Below, piece after piece: positions 40,561 through 50,300 of a DNA stretch of 64,000 nt (position 1 is the stretch's first letter; each line of letters opens with the position of its first letter). Location of the stretch: NCBI GenBank assembly GCA_031459765.1, contig JAVKHY010000001.1, positions 221,701 to 285,700 on the forward strand, written 5' to 3'. The DNA is from Candidatus Kaftiobacterium secundum. GTDB lineage: Bacteria; Sysuimicrobiota; Sysuimicrobiia; Sysuimicrobiales; Kaftiobacteriaceae. Position numbers and translations under genes: made by a program. The notes below the pieces were generated by a model. That model made no database searches. It was not told the DNA's origin and saw only the letters and a program-made list of their open reading frames with translations.

Positions 40561-41556
40561 CTAGAGGATCAGGCGCAAAACCCAGGTCACCAGCGCCGCG
40601 ATCAGCGCGCAGGCCGGAAAGGTGAGCACCCAGGCCGTGACGATCTCCAGGCCCACCCCCCAGCGCACGGCGGACAGCCGGCGTGTGGCGCCCACGCCCA
40701 TGATGGCGGTGTTGATGGTGTGCGTCGTGCTGAGGGGGATTCCCAGCCGTGTGGCCAGCTCGATCGCCGAGGCCGCCGCGGTCTCCGCGGCGAACCCCTG
40801 AAAGGACTCGAGCCGGGTCAGGCGCAGACCCATCGTGTGCACGATGCGCCAGCCGCCGACCGCGGTCCCCAGGCCCATCGTCAGCGCGCAGAGGAGGATC
40901 ACCCAGAAGGGGATGCGGAACTCGGGGATCACCCCGCCCAGCAGCAGGGCCAGGGTGAAGACCCCGATGAACTTCTGGCCGTCGTTCGTCCCGTGGCTGA
41001 AGGCCATGAAGGCGGCGGAAAGCACCTGGGCCCGGCCGAAGACCCGCCGAACCTGCCCCAGCGGAGTACGGCGGAACAGCCAGGCGATGCCGACCATGAG
41101 TCCGCACCCGCCGCCGAAGCCCAGCAGGGTGGAGAAACCCAGGCCGATCAGCACCTTCCGCCAGCCCTCCCACTGCAGCACCTGCGGTCCCGCGGTGGCC
41201 AGCCCGGCGCCGGCCAGGGCCGCGACCAGGGCGTGGCTCTCGCTGGTGGGCAGGCCGCGCAGCCAGGCCAGTGTACTCCAGGTGACGATCGCCACCATGG
41301 CTGCGGCGATGGTCACCGTATCGATGGTCTCGGGGTTGACGATGCCCTTGCCGATCGTCGCGGCCACCGCGGTGCCGGCCATCGTTCCCACGACGTTGAG
41401 CACGGTGGCCATGCCCAGGGCCGCCGACGGCGTGAGCACCCGGGTGCTCACCACCGTGGCGATGGCGTTGGGCGCGTCGGTCCACCCGTTGACGAACTCC
41501 GCAGCCAGCACCAGGAGCAGGACGGGGAGGAGACCGGCAGGGATGAGCACCGGCAT
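40561..41556 (-). CDS. pit: Inorganic phosphate transporter (PiT family)
   Basis: NGWTDAPNAIAT, HGTND, PLSTTH. Confidence 0.93.
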   Translation of the reverse strand: MPVLIPAGLLPVLLLVLAAEFVNGWTDAPNAIATVVSTRVLTPSAALGMATVLNVVGTMAGTAVAATIGKGIVNPETIDTVTIAAAMVAIVTWSTLAWLRGLPTSESHALVAALAGAGLATAGPQVLQWEGWRKVLIGLGFSTLLGFGGGCGLMVGIAWLFRRTPLGQVRRVFGRAQVLSAAFMAFSHGTNDGQKFIGVFTLALLLGGVIPEFRIPFWVILLCALTMGLGTAVGGWRIVHTMGLRLTRLESFQGFAAETAAASAIELATRLGIPLSTTHTINTAIMGVGATRRLSAVRWGVGLEIVTAWVLTFPACALIAALVTWVLRLIL

Positions 41557-41559
41557 CCC

Positions 41560-42174
41560 CTACAGGTGTTTCGTCTGGATGCTTTCGAGCACGTGGGCCA
41601 CGTGCTCGCACTGGTCGGTCGCCTCTTCCAGCGTTTCCAGAATCTCTTTCCACTTGATGACGTCGATGGGATCCCGCGTCTCGGCGAAGAGCCGGGCAAT
41701 GGCATCGCGCTGCACAAGGTCGGCGAGATTCTCCAGCCGGTGGATCTCCTGCAGGTGGGCGGCGACGCGATCCAGGCGCCGGAGGTGCGCCACCGCGGCG
41801 GCGATCGCCTCGCAGGCGCCGACGATAATCTGCCCCAGCTCTTTCGCCGCGGCGGGGATCTCCCCCACGCGGTAGAGCGCCAGTCGCGAGGAAGAGGCCT
41901 CGATCCAGTCAATCACATCGTCGAGCTGCTTGGCCAGGGCGAAGATGTCGTCGCGGTCCAACGGGGTGACAAAGGTCCTGTTCAGTCGATCGATGATCCC
42001 GTGGGTCAGTTCGTCGCCCCTGTCTTCCAGAGCCTTGATCTCGCCTGCGCGCCGGTCCACGTCTGTGAAATCCTCGAGCAGCGCCCGGAGGCCGCGTGCC
42101 GCGGCCAGGATGTTCTCGGCCGTAGCGGTGAACAGGTCGAAAAAGACCTCTTCGCGCGGAAGAAGACGCACCAT
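41560..42174 (-). CDS. DUF47 / PhoU-like Pit accessory protein
   Basis: LLPREE.FF, EDRGD, TFVTPLDRDDI, KWKEI. Confidence 0.92.
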   Translation of the reverse strand: MVRLLPREEVFFDLFTATAENILAAARGLRALLEDFTDVDRRAGEIKALEDRGDELTHGIIDRLNRTFVTPLDRDDIFALAKQLDDVIDWIEASSSRLALYRVGEIPAAAKELGQIIVGACEAIAAAVAHLRRLDRVAAHLQEIHRLENLADLVQRDAIARLFAETRDPIDVIKWKEILETLEEATDQCEHVAHVLESIQTKHL

Positions 42175-42208
42175 CCTCACCCCCGTGGTGCTGGTTGGCC
42201 CAGCCCGT

Positions 42209-42739
42209 TCAACCCCGCATTGTCCAGAAGACCGCCGCGGCGGCAACGACGGCCGCCGCCGCGACAACGCGCGTCAGGCATCCCCCCCGACGGGCGGCCG
42301 CGGCCGGCCGACCAGGACGCCGGACCGATAACCGGGTGGCTTTCTTGAAGTGCTCCACCGCCTCCCCGATCCGGCCCATCTGCTTGTAGAGTGCCCCGAG
42401 GTTCTGATGGGCGACCCAGTAGTCCGGATCCAGGGCCACGGCCCGCTCGTAGGCGGCCAGCGCCTGATCCAGCATGCCCTTCTCGCGGTAAACGTTGCCG
42501 AGGTTGCTGTAGGCGGGCGCGTAGGTGGGCTGCAGGGCGATGGCTCTGGAGAACTCGGCGATGGCGGCATCAAGTTGCCCCTGCTGGGCCAACGCCACGC
42601 CGAGTTTGCTGTGCGCCACGGCCGACTCGGGCGCCGCAGCCACCGCGGCGCGGAAGGCCGCCTCCGCCGCGGCATAGTCGCCGGCGTCGAGATGCCGCTC
42701 TCCGGCCTCCAGGAACGGCCGGGCCTCCGCCTCACCCAC
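42209..42739 (-). CDS. TPR-repeat protein with C-terminal TM anchor
   Basis: About four TPRs (AHSKLGVAL, AYSNLGNVY, AHQNLGALY), hydrophobic C-terminus. Confidence 0.85.
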   Translation of the reverse strand: MGEAEARPFLEAGERHLDAGDYAAAEAAFRAAVAAAPESAVAHSKLGVALAQQGQLDAAIAEFSRAIALQPTYAPAYSNLGNVYREKGMLDQALAAYERAVALDPDYWVAHQNLGALYKQMGRIGEAVEHFKKATRLSVRRPGRPAAAARRGGCLTRVVAAAAVVAAAAVFWTMRG

Positions 42740-42781
42740 AACAGGTTTGCTTCGGCGGGCGACCCGCGGGTCCTTGACCGT

Positions 42782-43240
42782 CTATTGGGTGCGGGAGGTT
42801 GAGAACAGGGGGAGGGAGTCGAGGTCGTCCAGTTCAAAGGAGGGCTCGAGGACCTCCTGGTCGAGCGCCTCCATGGCGGCCAGGGCCGCCTCCGTGTTGC
42901 GCTCGCGGGGGAGATGCTCGACCGAGCTCCACCGGTAGGCGTTGAGGAGCGCGCGCGTCTGCAGGTACAGGCCGACCAGCTCGCCCGGGACCTCCGCGCG
43001 GCCGGCGATCTGATCGACCACGGCGGGCTCGTCGCAGAAGACGCGGATCCGCCGCGCCCCCGTCCCGCGCGCCTTCCATACCCCATGAAGCAACGCCCGA
43101 TACGCCCCCTCGGCGCGGGATCCCGCACGGACAGTGCGGCGCGTCATGCGCACAGGCTGCCCCGCGGAGCGGATCACGACCCCGATCCCGGCCTTGCCGT
43201 CGCGGAACGCCGCGCTCGCGAACACCTCCAGCGGCCTCAC
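42782..43240 (-). CDS. RNase HI-fold protein with degenerate catalytic residues
   Basis: AGIGVVI, AY.AL..G, RIRVFCD, HLPRERN.EA; GTGA overlap with upstream gene. Confidence 0.7.
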   Translation of the reverse strand: MRPLEVFASAAFRDGKAGIGVVIRSAGQPVRMTRRTVRAGSRAEGAYRALLHGVWKARGTGARRIRVFCDEPAVVDQIAGRAEVPGELVGLYLQTRALLNAYRWSSVEHLPRERNTEAALAAMEALDQEVLEPSFELDDLDSLPLFSTSRTQ

Positions 43241-43443
43241 AGCTGCAGCGGCACCTCCAGGGCCACGACCACCAGGACCAGCAAGCCGAGCAACAGGAGC
43301 TTTGCCCCGATCAGCCTCCGGTCGTCAGCAAAACGTTCCCAGGCACCGCGCGCCGCGAATCCCCACCGCGGCTGGGCGCGGCCGCGGCTCGGACGCGTTC
43401 CGGGGAGGGCCACCGCGAAGGCAGACAGGGCACGGAAGCTCAT
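43237..43443 (-). CDS. Small single-pass membrane protein coupled to lexA
   Basis: 68 aa; ATGA overlap with lexA stop and GTGA overlap with next gene; C-terminal TM helix. Confidence 0.65.
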   Translation of the reverse strand: MSFRALSAFAVALPGTRPSRGRAQPRWGFAARGAWERFADDRRLIGAKLLLLGLLVLVVVALEVPLQL

Positions 43444-44069
43444 GCCTGCCCCCCGGCGTAGCGGCGCAACAAACCCACCACGACCCCGATGATCTCGAAT
43501 TCCCCGCCGATCGGCCCATACCGCGGATTCTCGGGCATCAAGTAGGGTTGCGGTCCGTCGTAGCGCAGCCGCTTGACCGTCGCCTCCTCCCCCAGCAGGG
43601 CCACGACGATCTCGCCGGCCCGGGCGGTCGGCTGCGAGCGGACGATCACCAGGTCGCCGTCGTAGATCCCGGCATTGATCATCGAGTCTCCCCGCACGGT
43701 GAGCAGGAAGCAGTTGTCGTCCTGCCAGCCCACCATCCGGCGGGGAACGGGGATCATCTCCTCCACGTTCTCCTCCGCCAGCACGGGGAGCCCCGCCGAG
43801 ATGCGGCCGACCAGCGGTAGGTGGGCCACGTCTCCACCGCCGGGAACCATCCGGCGGTCCAGGACTTCCAGCACGCGCATGCGGTCGCCGGCACGCCTGA
43901 TATAGCCCTTGCGCTCGAGGGCGGTCAGATGCTGGTGGACCGTCGAGGGCGAGCGCATTCCCAGGGCGCTGCCGATCTCGCGGACGGAGGGCACGATGCC
44001 GCTGCGCCGGATGGACGCCGCGATGTGCTCGAGGACCTGCCGCTGTCGGTCGGTAAGTGGTGCGGCCAT
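43440..44069 (-). CDS. lexA: SOS repressor LexA
   Basis: PSVREIG..LG..SPSTVH, SAG cleavage site, GDSM (Ser), ATVK (Lys). Confidence 0.97.
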   Translation of the reverse strand: MAAPLTDRQRQVLEHIAASIRRSGIVPSVREIGSALGMRSPSTVHQHLTALERKGYIRRAGDRMRVLEVLDRRMVPGGGDVAHLPLVGRISAGLPVLAEENVEEMIPVPRRMVGWQDDNCFLLTVRGDSMINAGIYDGDLVIVRSQPTARAGEIVVALLGEEATVKRLRYDGPQPYLMPENPRYGPIGGEFEIIGVVVGLLRRYAGGQA

Positions 44070-44096
44070 TCCGTCACCTCCGCACCTATCATATAG

Positions 44097-44165
44097 CGAA
44101 CATATGTACGAATATCAAGGGCCGGGAAAGGCGGCCAGAGACAGACCATGGCGAACAAACGTACG
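44097..44165. promoter_or_regulatory. Two LexA boxes upstream of lexA
   Basis: CGAACATATGTACG 44097-44110 (between TTGATA and a TAT-starting -10 on minus strand) and CGAACAAACGTACG 44152-44165. Confidence 0.85.
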
Positions 44166-44225
44166 TATTACGAGCTTGCCTTCAGTTGCTCGCAGAAGCT
44201 CGCGTTTTCGAGGTTTTCCGGGAAC

Positions 44226-45164
44226 TCAGGAGGGGGCCAGGCAGCGCAGCAGGACGGGGAGGTCTACGTTCCCTCCGCTGACGATCGCCACAGCCGTCGG
44301 GCCGGTAAGACCGCCGTCCAGCGCACAGGCGACGCTCGTCGCGCCCGAGGGCTCGGCCAGAAGATGTCCCTCCAGGAGGAGCCGCCGCATCGCCTCCAGG
44401 ATCCTCTCGTCGAGGACGGGACGGAACTCATCGACGTACCGCGAGGTGACCTCCCAGGTGAGGCGCCCCGGCGCCAGGACGCGAAGCCCGTCGGCGATCG
44501 TCTCCGCCTTCTCCAGGGCCACCGGGTGCCCTACCTTGCGGGAACGGGCGAAGCGATCGGCGCCGGCCGGTTCTGCACCTATGACCCTGGCCTGAGGCTT
44601 CAGCGACTTGACTGCGGCCGCGACGCCGGCAACGAGACCGCCTCCGCTCACCGGGACCACCACCGCCTCGACCTCCGGACACTGCTCCACAATCTCCAGA
44701 CCGACCGTCCCCTGGCCGGCAACGATGAAGGGATCGTCGTACGGAGGTACATAGTGGAGGCCCCGGCGCTCCGACAGCTCCCGAGCAAGCGCGATCCGCT
44801 CGTCGGAGTAGCGACCCCGGCGGATCAACTCCGCGCCGTAGCCGGTGATCGCCTCGGCCTTTGTCGCGGCCACGTTCTCCGGGACCACGACCACCGCGTG
44901 CAGACCGAGCGTCCTGGCGACGAACGCCACGGCCTGGCCGTGGTTGCCGGAGGAGGCTGTGATGACCCCGGCGGCGCAGGCCTCGCGGTGGGCGAGGACA
45001 TAGTTGAACGCCCCCCGCGGCTTGAACGATCCGGTGACCTGGAGGTTCTCCAGCTTCAGCTGCGGACCGCCCGGCAGGGGATGGATGGGCGTCCGCCGTA
45101 CGTAGGGCGCGATCCGCTCGCGCGCCGCGCGGATGTCGTCGAGGGTCACCGGCCCCGCATCCAC
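44226..45164 (-). CDS. Threonine/serine dehydratase (catabolic, PLP); start approximate
   Basis: KLENLQVTGSFKPRGA, ASSGNHGQ, GQGTVGLEI, SGGN. Confidence 0.9.
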   Translation of the reverse strand: MDAGPVTLDDIRAARERIAPYVRRTPIHPLPGGPQLKLENLQVTGSFKPRGAFNYVLAHREACAAGVITASSGNHGQAVAFVARTLGLHAVVVVPENVAATKAEAITGYGAELIRRGRYSDERIALARELSERRGLHYVPPYDDPFIVAGQGTVGLEIVEQCPEVEAVVVPVSGGGLVAGVAAAVKSLKPQARVIGAEPAGADRFARSRKVGHPVALEKAETIADGLRVLAPGRLTWEVTSRYVDEFRPVLDERILEAMRRLLLEGHLLAEPSGATSVACALDGGLTGPTAVAIVSGGNVDLPVLLRCLAPS

Positions 45165-45192
45165 GGGGTGCAGGTCAGCCGGAAGAGGATCT

Positions 45193-46653
45193 TCATCCGC
45201 CTCTCCAGCGCAGGTCGGGCTGGCGCGCCGCGCGTACCTCATCCAGCCTCCGGACCGGCGTGGTGTGCGGCGCGTCGTGGACGATCTGAGGGTTCTCCTG
45301 GGCCTCGCGGTCGATGGCCCGCATCGCCTCGATGAACTCATCCAGGGTGCGCTTGCTCTCCGTCTCCGTGGGCTCGATCATGATCGCCTCGTCCACGATG
45401 AGCGGGAAGTAGATCGTCGGGGCGTGGAAGCCGTAGTCCAGCAGGCGCTTGGCCATGTCGCGGGTGGTGACGCCGTACTGCTTCTTCTGCCGGGTACCGG
45501 AGAGGACGAACTCGTGCTTGCACAACCGATCGTAGGGCAGGTCGAAGCGGTCGCGCAGCCGGGCCAGGACGTAGTTGGCGTTGAGCACCGCGGTCTCCGC
45601 CACCTGGCGCAGGCCGTCGGCGCCCATGGAGCGGATGTACGCATAGGCCCGGATCAGGTTTCCGAAGTTCCCGTAGAAGGCGCGGATCTTCCCGATAGAC
45701 TGCGGACGGTCATAGTCCAGCCGGAAGCGGTCGCCCTCCTTCTCCACCACCGGGACGGGGAGGAAGGGCACCAGGTGCGCCTTCACCCCCACCGCCCCCG
45801 CCCCCGGGCCGCCCCCGCCGTGGGGGGTGGAGAAGGTTTTGTGCAGGTTCATGTGCATCACGTCGAACCCCTGGTCGCCGGGCCGGGTGACGCCGAGGAT
45901 CGCGTTGAAGTTGGCGCCGTCCAGGTACATCTGCCCGCCGCGGCCGTGGACGATCTCCTCCACCTCGACGATGTGCTCTTCGAACAACCCCAGGGTGTTG
46001 GGATTCGTGAGCATGATCGCGGCCACGGAGGAGTCCATCGCCTCGCGCAGCGCCTGGACGTCCAGGTTCCCGCGGGCGTCCGATTTGACGGTGATTACCT
46101 GGTAGCCGGCCATGGCGGCGGTGGCGGGGTTGGTCCCGTGGGCCGAGTCGGGCACGATGACCTTCGTCCGGCGCTCGCCCCGGGCCTCGAAGTAGGCACG
46201 GATCATCAGGATTCCGGTGAGTTCTCCGTGGGCGCCGGCCGCGGGCTGAAAGGTCACCCGGTCCATGCCGCTGATCTCGGCCAGCGCCTGCTCCAGTTCC
46301 CAGATGAGCTCCAGCGCCCCCTGCGCGTCCTCCGGCATCGTGTAGGGATGGAGACGGCTGAACCCCGGGAGGCGCGCCGCATCCTCGTGGATCTTCGGAT
46401 TGTACTTCATGGTGCACGAACCCAGCGGGTAGAACCCTTCGTCGATGCTGAAGTTCCGGTGGGACAGCCGCGTGTAGTGGCGCACGACGTCCAGCTCGCT
46501 GACCTCCGGCAACCCCGGCGGCACCTGGCGGATCTGGTCGGCGGGGAGCAGGGCGTTCAGGGGCCGGCGCGGGACATCGGGTTCGGGGTAGGACGCGCCG
46601 ATGCGGCCGGGGGTGCTCAGCTCAAAGATCACCGGGAAGTCCCGCCCCTTCAT
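45193..46653 (-). CDS. gcvPB: Glycine dehydrogenase (decarboxylating) subunit 2
   Basis: [30 protein letters not shown]. Confidence 0.96.
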   Translation of the reverse strand: MKGRDFPVIFELSTPGRIGASYPEPDVPRRPLNALLPADQIRQVPPGLPEVSELDVVRHYTRLSHRNFSIDEGFYPLGSCTMKYNPKIHEDAARLPGFSRLHPYTMPEDAQGALELIWELEQALAEISGMDRVTFQPAAGAHGELTGILMIRAYFEARGERRTKVIVPDSAHGTNPATAAMAGYQVITVKSDARGNLDVQALREAMDSSVAAIMLTNPNTLGLFEEHIVEVEEIVHGRGGQMYLDGANFNAILGVTRPGDQGFDVMHMNLHKTFSTPHGGGGPGAGAVGVKAHLVPFLPVPVVEKEGDRFRLDYDRPQSIGKIRAFYGNFGNLIRAYAYIRSMGADGLRQVAETAVLNANYVLARLRDRFDLPYDRLCKHEFVLSGTRQKKQYGVTTRDMAKRLLDYGFHAPTIYFPLIVDEAIMIEPTETESKRTLDEFIEAMRAIDREAQENPQIVHDAPHTTPVRRLDEVRAARQPDLRWRGG

Positions 46654-48038
46654 CGGATCCCCTCCAGCACCGCCACCAGCCGGTCGATCTGCGCCCGCGT
46701 CCGCTGTTCGGTGACGCAGACCAGCCAGCCGTCCGCCAGCTCGGGATAGTACCGGCCCAGGGGCAGCCCGCCCAGGATGCCTTCCCGGCGCAGCCGCTGG
46801 TTGACCTCCTCGGGCGGGACGGGCGTGCGGACTACGAACTCGTTGAAGATGGGCCCGTCGAAGGCGAGCCGAAAGCCCGGCAGCGCGCCGATCGCCTCTC
46901 GGGCGTAGGCCGCCTTGTAGAGGTTGAGTTCCGCCACCTTCCGCAGGCCCTGCGGCCCGAGCGCGGCCATGTAGATTCCCGCGGCCAGGGCCAGCAGCGC
47001 CTCGTTGGTGCAGATGTTGCTGGTGGCCTTCTCCCGCCGGATGTGCTGCTCCCGGGTCTGCAGCGTGAGCACGAACCCACGCCGCCCCTCCACATCGACC
47101 GTGGCCCCGACCAGGCGGCCGGGAATGCGCCGCACGTACTCGCGACGCGTGGCCATCATCCCCAGATAGGGACCGCCGAAGTTCAGGTGGTTGCCCAGGG
47201 GCTGCCCTTCACCGGCCACGATATCCGCGCCCCAGATCCCCGGCGGGGTGAGCAACCCCAGGGAAAGCGGCTCGGCCACGGCACAGATCAGAAGCGCCCC
47301 GCGGCGGTGGGCGATCTCGACCAGCGCCCGGCCGTCTTCGAGCAGACCGAAGAAGTTGGGGTGCTGGACGATGACCGCGGCCGTGCGTTCCGACAGGTGC
47401 GCGACGACGGTCTCGCCGTCGGTGCGGCCGTGACGGTGGGGGACCTCGACGACCTGGATCCCCAGGGGCCGGGTGTAGGTCTTCAGAACCTGGCGGTACT
47501 CCGGATGGACGGCGGTCGAGACGATGACCTCGTCCCGCCTGGTCAGGTCTCTGGCCATCACCGCCGCTTCGGCGGTGGCCGAGGCGCCGTCATACATGGA
47601 CGCGTTGGCCACGTCCATCGCCGTCAGCTCGCACAGCATGCTCTGATACTCGTAGATGGCCTGCAGCTCGCCCTGCATCATCTCGGCCTGATAGGGCGTA
47701 TAGGCCGTGAGGAACTCGCCGCGGCCGGCCAGGGCCCAGACCACGCTGGGCACGTAGTGGTCGTAGGCGCCCGCGCCCAGGAAACAGGCCGCGGCGTCGG
47801 CGTGGAGGTTCTTCGCGGCGAGGGCGCCGAGGGCGGTCATGACCTCAGGGTCGCTGAGGGGCGGGGGAAGCCGCAGCGGCGCCCGGAGCCGCACCGCCGC
47901 GGGGATATCGGCAAAGAGCGCCTCCACCGAGGGCACGCCCACGACCCGCAGCATCTCCGCCCGCTCGGCCTCCGTGGCGGGAATGTACTTGTGCTGCGCG
48001 CGGGGCGTCGCCGCCACAGGCTGCGGTTCGGCTTTCAT
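46650..48038 (-). CDS. gcvPA: Glycine dehydrogenase (decarboxylating) subunit 1
   Basis: [34 protein letters not shown]. Confidence 0.96.
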   Translation of the reverse strand: MKAEPQPVAATPRAQHKYIPATEAERAEMLRVVGVPSVEALFADIPAAVRLRAPLRLPPPLSDPEVMTALGALAAKNLHADAAACFLGAGAYDHYVPSVVWALAGRGEFLTAYTPYQAEMMQGELQAIYEYQSMLCELTAMDVANASMYDGASATAEAAVMARDLTRRDEVIVSTAVHPEYRQVLKTYTRPLGIQVVEVPHRHGRTDGETVVAHLSERTAAVIVQHPNFFGLLEDGRALVEIAHRRGALLICAVAEPLSLGLLTPPGIWGADIVAGEGQPLGNHLNFGGPYLGMMATRREYVRRIPGRLVGATVDVEGRRGFVLTLQTREQHIRREKATSNICTNEALLALAAGIYMAALGPQGLRKVAELNLYKAAYAREAIGALPGFRLAFDGPIFNEFVVRTPVPPEEVNQRLRREGILGGLPLGRYYPELADGWLVCVTEQRTRAQIDRLVAVLEGIR

Positions 48039-48421
48039 CAGGCCTCCTCCCCGATGACTTTCAGATACTGCTCCACGGTCATCAACTTGTCCAGCTCCTT
48101 CGGATCGCTGGGCTCCACCACGATGATCCAGCCTGCTCCGTAGGGATCGCTGTTCACGACCTCCGGGCTGTCCCGCAGCGCGGTGTTAACCTCAACCACG
48201 TTCCCGGAGACGGGGGCGTAGAGGTCCGAGACCGCTTTGACCGACTCGATCACCCCGAAGGGCTGCATGAAGGTCACCACGGCGCCTACCTCGGGGAGTT
48301 CGACGAAGACGACGTCACTGAGTCTGTCCGCGGCAAACTTCGTAATCCCGACGCGCACGCGGTCGCCCTCGACCCTGGCCCACTCGTGCTCACTGCTGTA
48401 CCGCAGGTCCTTGGGATACAT
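48038..48421 (-). CDS. gcvH: Glycine cleavage H protein
   Basis: HEW, IESVKAVSDLY lipoyl-Lys, NSDPYG.GW. Confidence 0.97.
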   Translation of the reverse strand: MYPKDLRYSSEHEWARVEGDRVRVGITKFAADRLSDVVFVELPEVGAVVTFMQPFGVIESVKAVSDLYAPVSGNVVEVNTALRDSPEVVNSDPYGAGWIIVVEPSDPKELDKLMTVEQYLKVIGEEA

Positions 48422-49522
48422 TCACGCGCTCCTTTTGTAGAAGGGAAGTCTGACCACGACGGCCCGCACCGGCTGCCCCCGAACCTCCACGTCGATCTCA
48501 ACTCCGGGCCGGGCGAACTCGGGCGGGACATAGCCCAGGCCGATGCCCTTTTGCACCCAGGGACCGAAGGTGCCGCTGGTCGCCCGGCCGATGGCGCGAC
48601 CTCCGGCCAGCAGGGTGTAGCCACGGCGGGGGATGGCCCGGTCCCGCATCTCGAACCCCACGAGCCTGCGGCGCACACCCTCCTGCTTCTGGCGGAGCAG
48701 GGCTTCCCGTCCAATGAACTCGCCCTTGTCCAGTTTGACCGTCCAGCCCAGGGGCGCTTCCAGCGGCGTGGTGGTTTCGTCGATGTCGTTGCCGTAGAGC
48801 ATCAACGCCGCCTCCAGTCGCAGGGTGTCCCGCGCCCCCAGCCCGACCGGAACCAGCCCCTCCTCCCGCCCGGCGTCCAGGAGGGTCTCCCACAGCCGCG
48901 GCGCCTCATCCCAGGGACAGCCGATCTCGAACCCGTCCTCCCCCGTATAGCCGCTCCGTGAGATAAAGCAGCGCACCCCCGCCACGTCCACCCCTTCGAC
49001 GATGTGGAAGAAGGGCAGATCGGCCGACCCAGGCCGGGTCAGACGGGCCAGGATCGCGGAGGCCCGGGGTCCCTGCAGGGCGAGGAGCGCGATCTCCGCC
49101 GAGCGGTTCCGCACCGCGGCGTTGACCGCGTGCTCGTGGATCCAGGCGAGATCCTTGTCCGTTGTGGCGGCGTTGACCACGAAGAGGAAGCGCCGCTCCC
49201 CCATCCGGAAGACGGTGAGGTCGTCCACGATGCCTCCGGTCGGCAGGCACATGGGACTGTACAGCCCCGCCCCGACCTCCAGGCGGGCGGCGTCGTTGGT
49301 GATGAGCCGCTGCACCGTGTCCAGCGCTCCCGGCCCCTCCACCTCGACCTCGCCCATGTGGGACACATCGAACAGGCCGGCGGCTGTGCGCACCGCCCGG
49401 TGCTCCTCGACGATGCCGGCGTACTGAACCGGCATCTCCCACCCGCCGAACTCGACCAGGCGCGCCCCGCGCCGCAGGTGCGCGGGATACAGGCTGGTCC
49501 GCTTCAGCCCCTCAGCGGCCAT
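48422..49522 (-). CDS. gcvT: Glycine cleavage aminomethyltransferase
   Basis: [36 protein letters not shown]. Confidence 0.97.
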   Translation of the reverse strand: MAAEGLKRTSLYPAHLRRGARLVEFGGWEMPVQYAGIVEEHRAVRTAAGLFDVSHMGEVEVEGPGALDTVQRLITNDAARLEVGAGLYSPMCLPTGGIVDDLTVFRMGERRFLFVVNAATTDKDLAWIHEHAVNAAVRNRSAEIALLALQGPRASAILARLTRPGSADLPFFHIVEGVDVAGVRCFISRSGYTGEDGFEIGCPWDEAPRLWETLLDAGREEGLVPVGLGARDTLRLEAALMLYGNDIDETTTPLEAPLGWTVKLDKGEFIGREALLRQKQEGVRRRLVGFEMRDRAIPRRGYTLLAGGRAIGRATSGTFGPWVQKGIGLGYVPPEFARPGVEIDVEVRGQPVRAVVVRLPFYKRSA

Positions 49523-50162
49523 AGAGTTCGCGCTCCCTGGCCCGCAGCAGGGCGATCGCCTCCTCGTCGGATGTCTGGGCGAAGTCCTCGTAGAACTGCC
49601 CGACGGCGTAGAACATGACCGGCGTGTAGAGACAGACGACCTCGTCCGCCTCGGCCCGCAGGCTCTCACAGCCCTCCGGCGGGGCCACGGGCACGGCGGC
49701 CACGGTCGCCTCCGGCCGCATCCGCCGCACCGCCCGGAGCGCGGCGATCATCGTCGAGCCGGTGGCGATGCCGTCGTCCACCACGATCGCCACACGTCCG
49801 TCCAGGGCCGGCGGCGGACGGTCTCCGCGATAGGCGGCCAGCCGCCGCCGGATCTCCTCCATCTGGAAGGCGACCTCGTCCTTCAGGTAGTCCTCCGGCA
49901 CCTGCAGCGTCCCGACCAGCGGCGAGTCGTAGTACACGCTGCCGTCCTGCGCCACGGCACCGATCGCCAGTTCCGGATTGTGGGGGGCGCGGAGCTTGCG
50001 CGGGACGACGACGTCCAGCGGCGCCTCTAACGCTTTGGCCACCTCATAGCCGACAACGATCCCGCCGCGCGGGATGGCCAGGACGAAAGGCCGGCGGGAA
50101 CGGTAGCCGTCCAGGGCTGCGGCCAGCGCACGACCAGCCTCCCGGCGGTCGCGGAACGTCAT
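49512..50162 (-). CDS. Type I phosphoribosyltransferase-like protein
   Basis: FRDRREAG, AIPRGG, VVDDGIATGST, AVGQFY. Confidence 0.9.
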   Translation of the reverse strand: MTFRDRREAGRALAAALDGYRSRRPFVLAIPRGGIVVGYEVAKALEAPLDVVVPRKLRAPHNPELAIGAVAQDGSVYYDSPLVGTLQVPEDYLKDEVAFQMEEIRRRLAAYRGDRPPPALDGRVAIVVDDGIATGSTMIAALRAVRRMRPEATVAAVPVAPPEGCESLRAEADEVVCLYTPVMFYAVGQFYEDFAQTSDEEAIALLRARERELYGR

Positions 50163-50300
50163 CGCCGCGCACACACCTTCCGGAGATCTCCCGGCGGCGT
50201 CATCCTTCCACGACGGGAAATCGGTTTCCTGTGGCCGCTCCGCGGGCCCGCCTCCTCCATGGTGGAGGCCGCCGCGGGCGCCGACCATAGCCCGAACCGG

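Noticed and set aside
50163-50300. GC-rich hairpins upstream of the PRTase-gcv operon as a glycine riboswitch
   Set aside because: Glycine aptamer consensus elements not found
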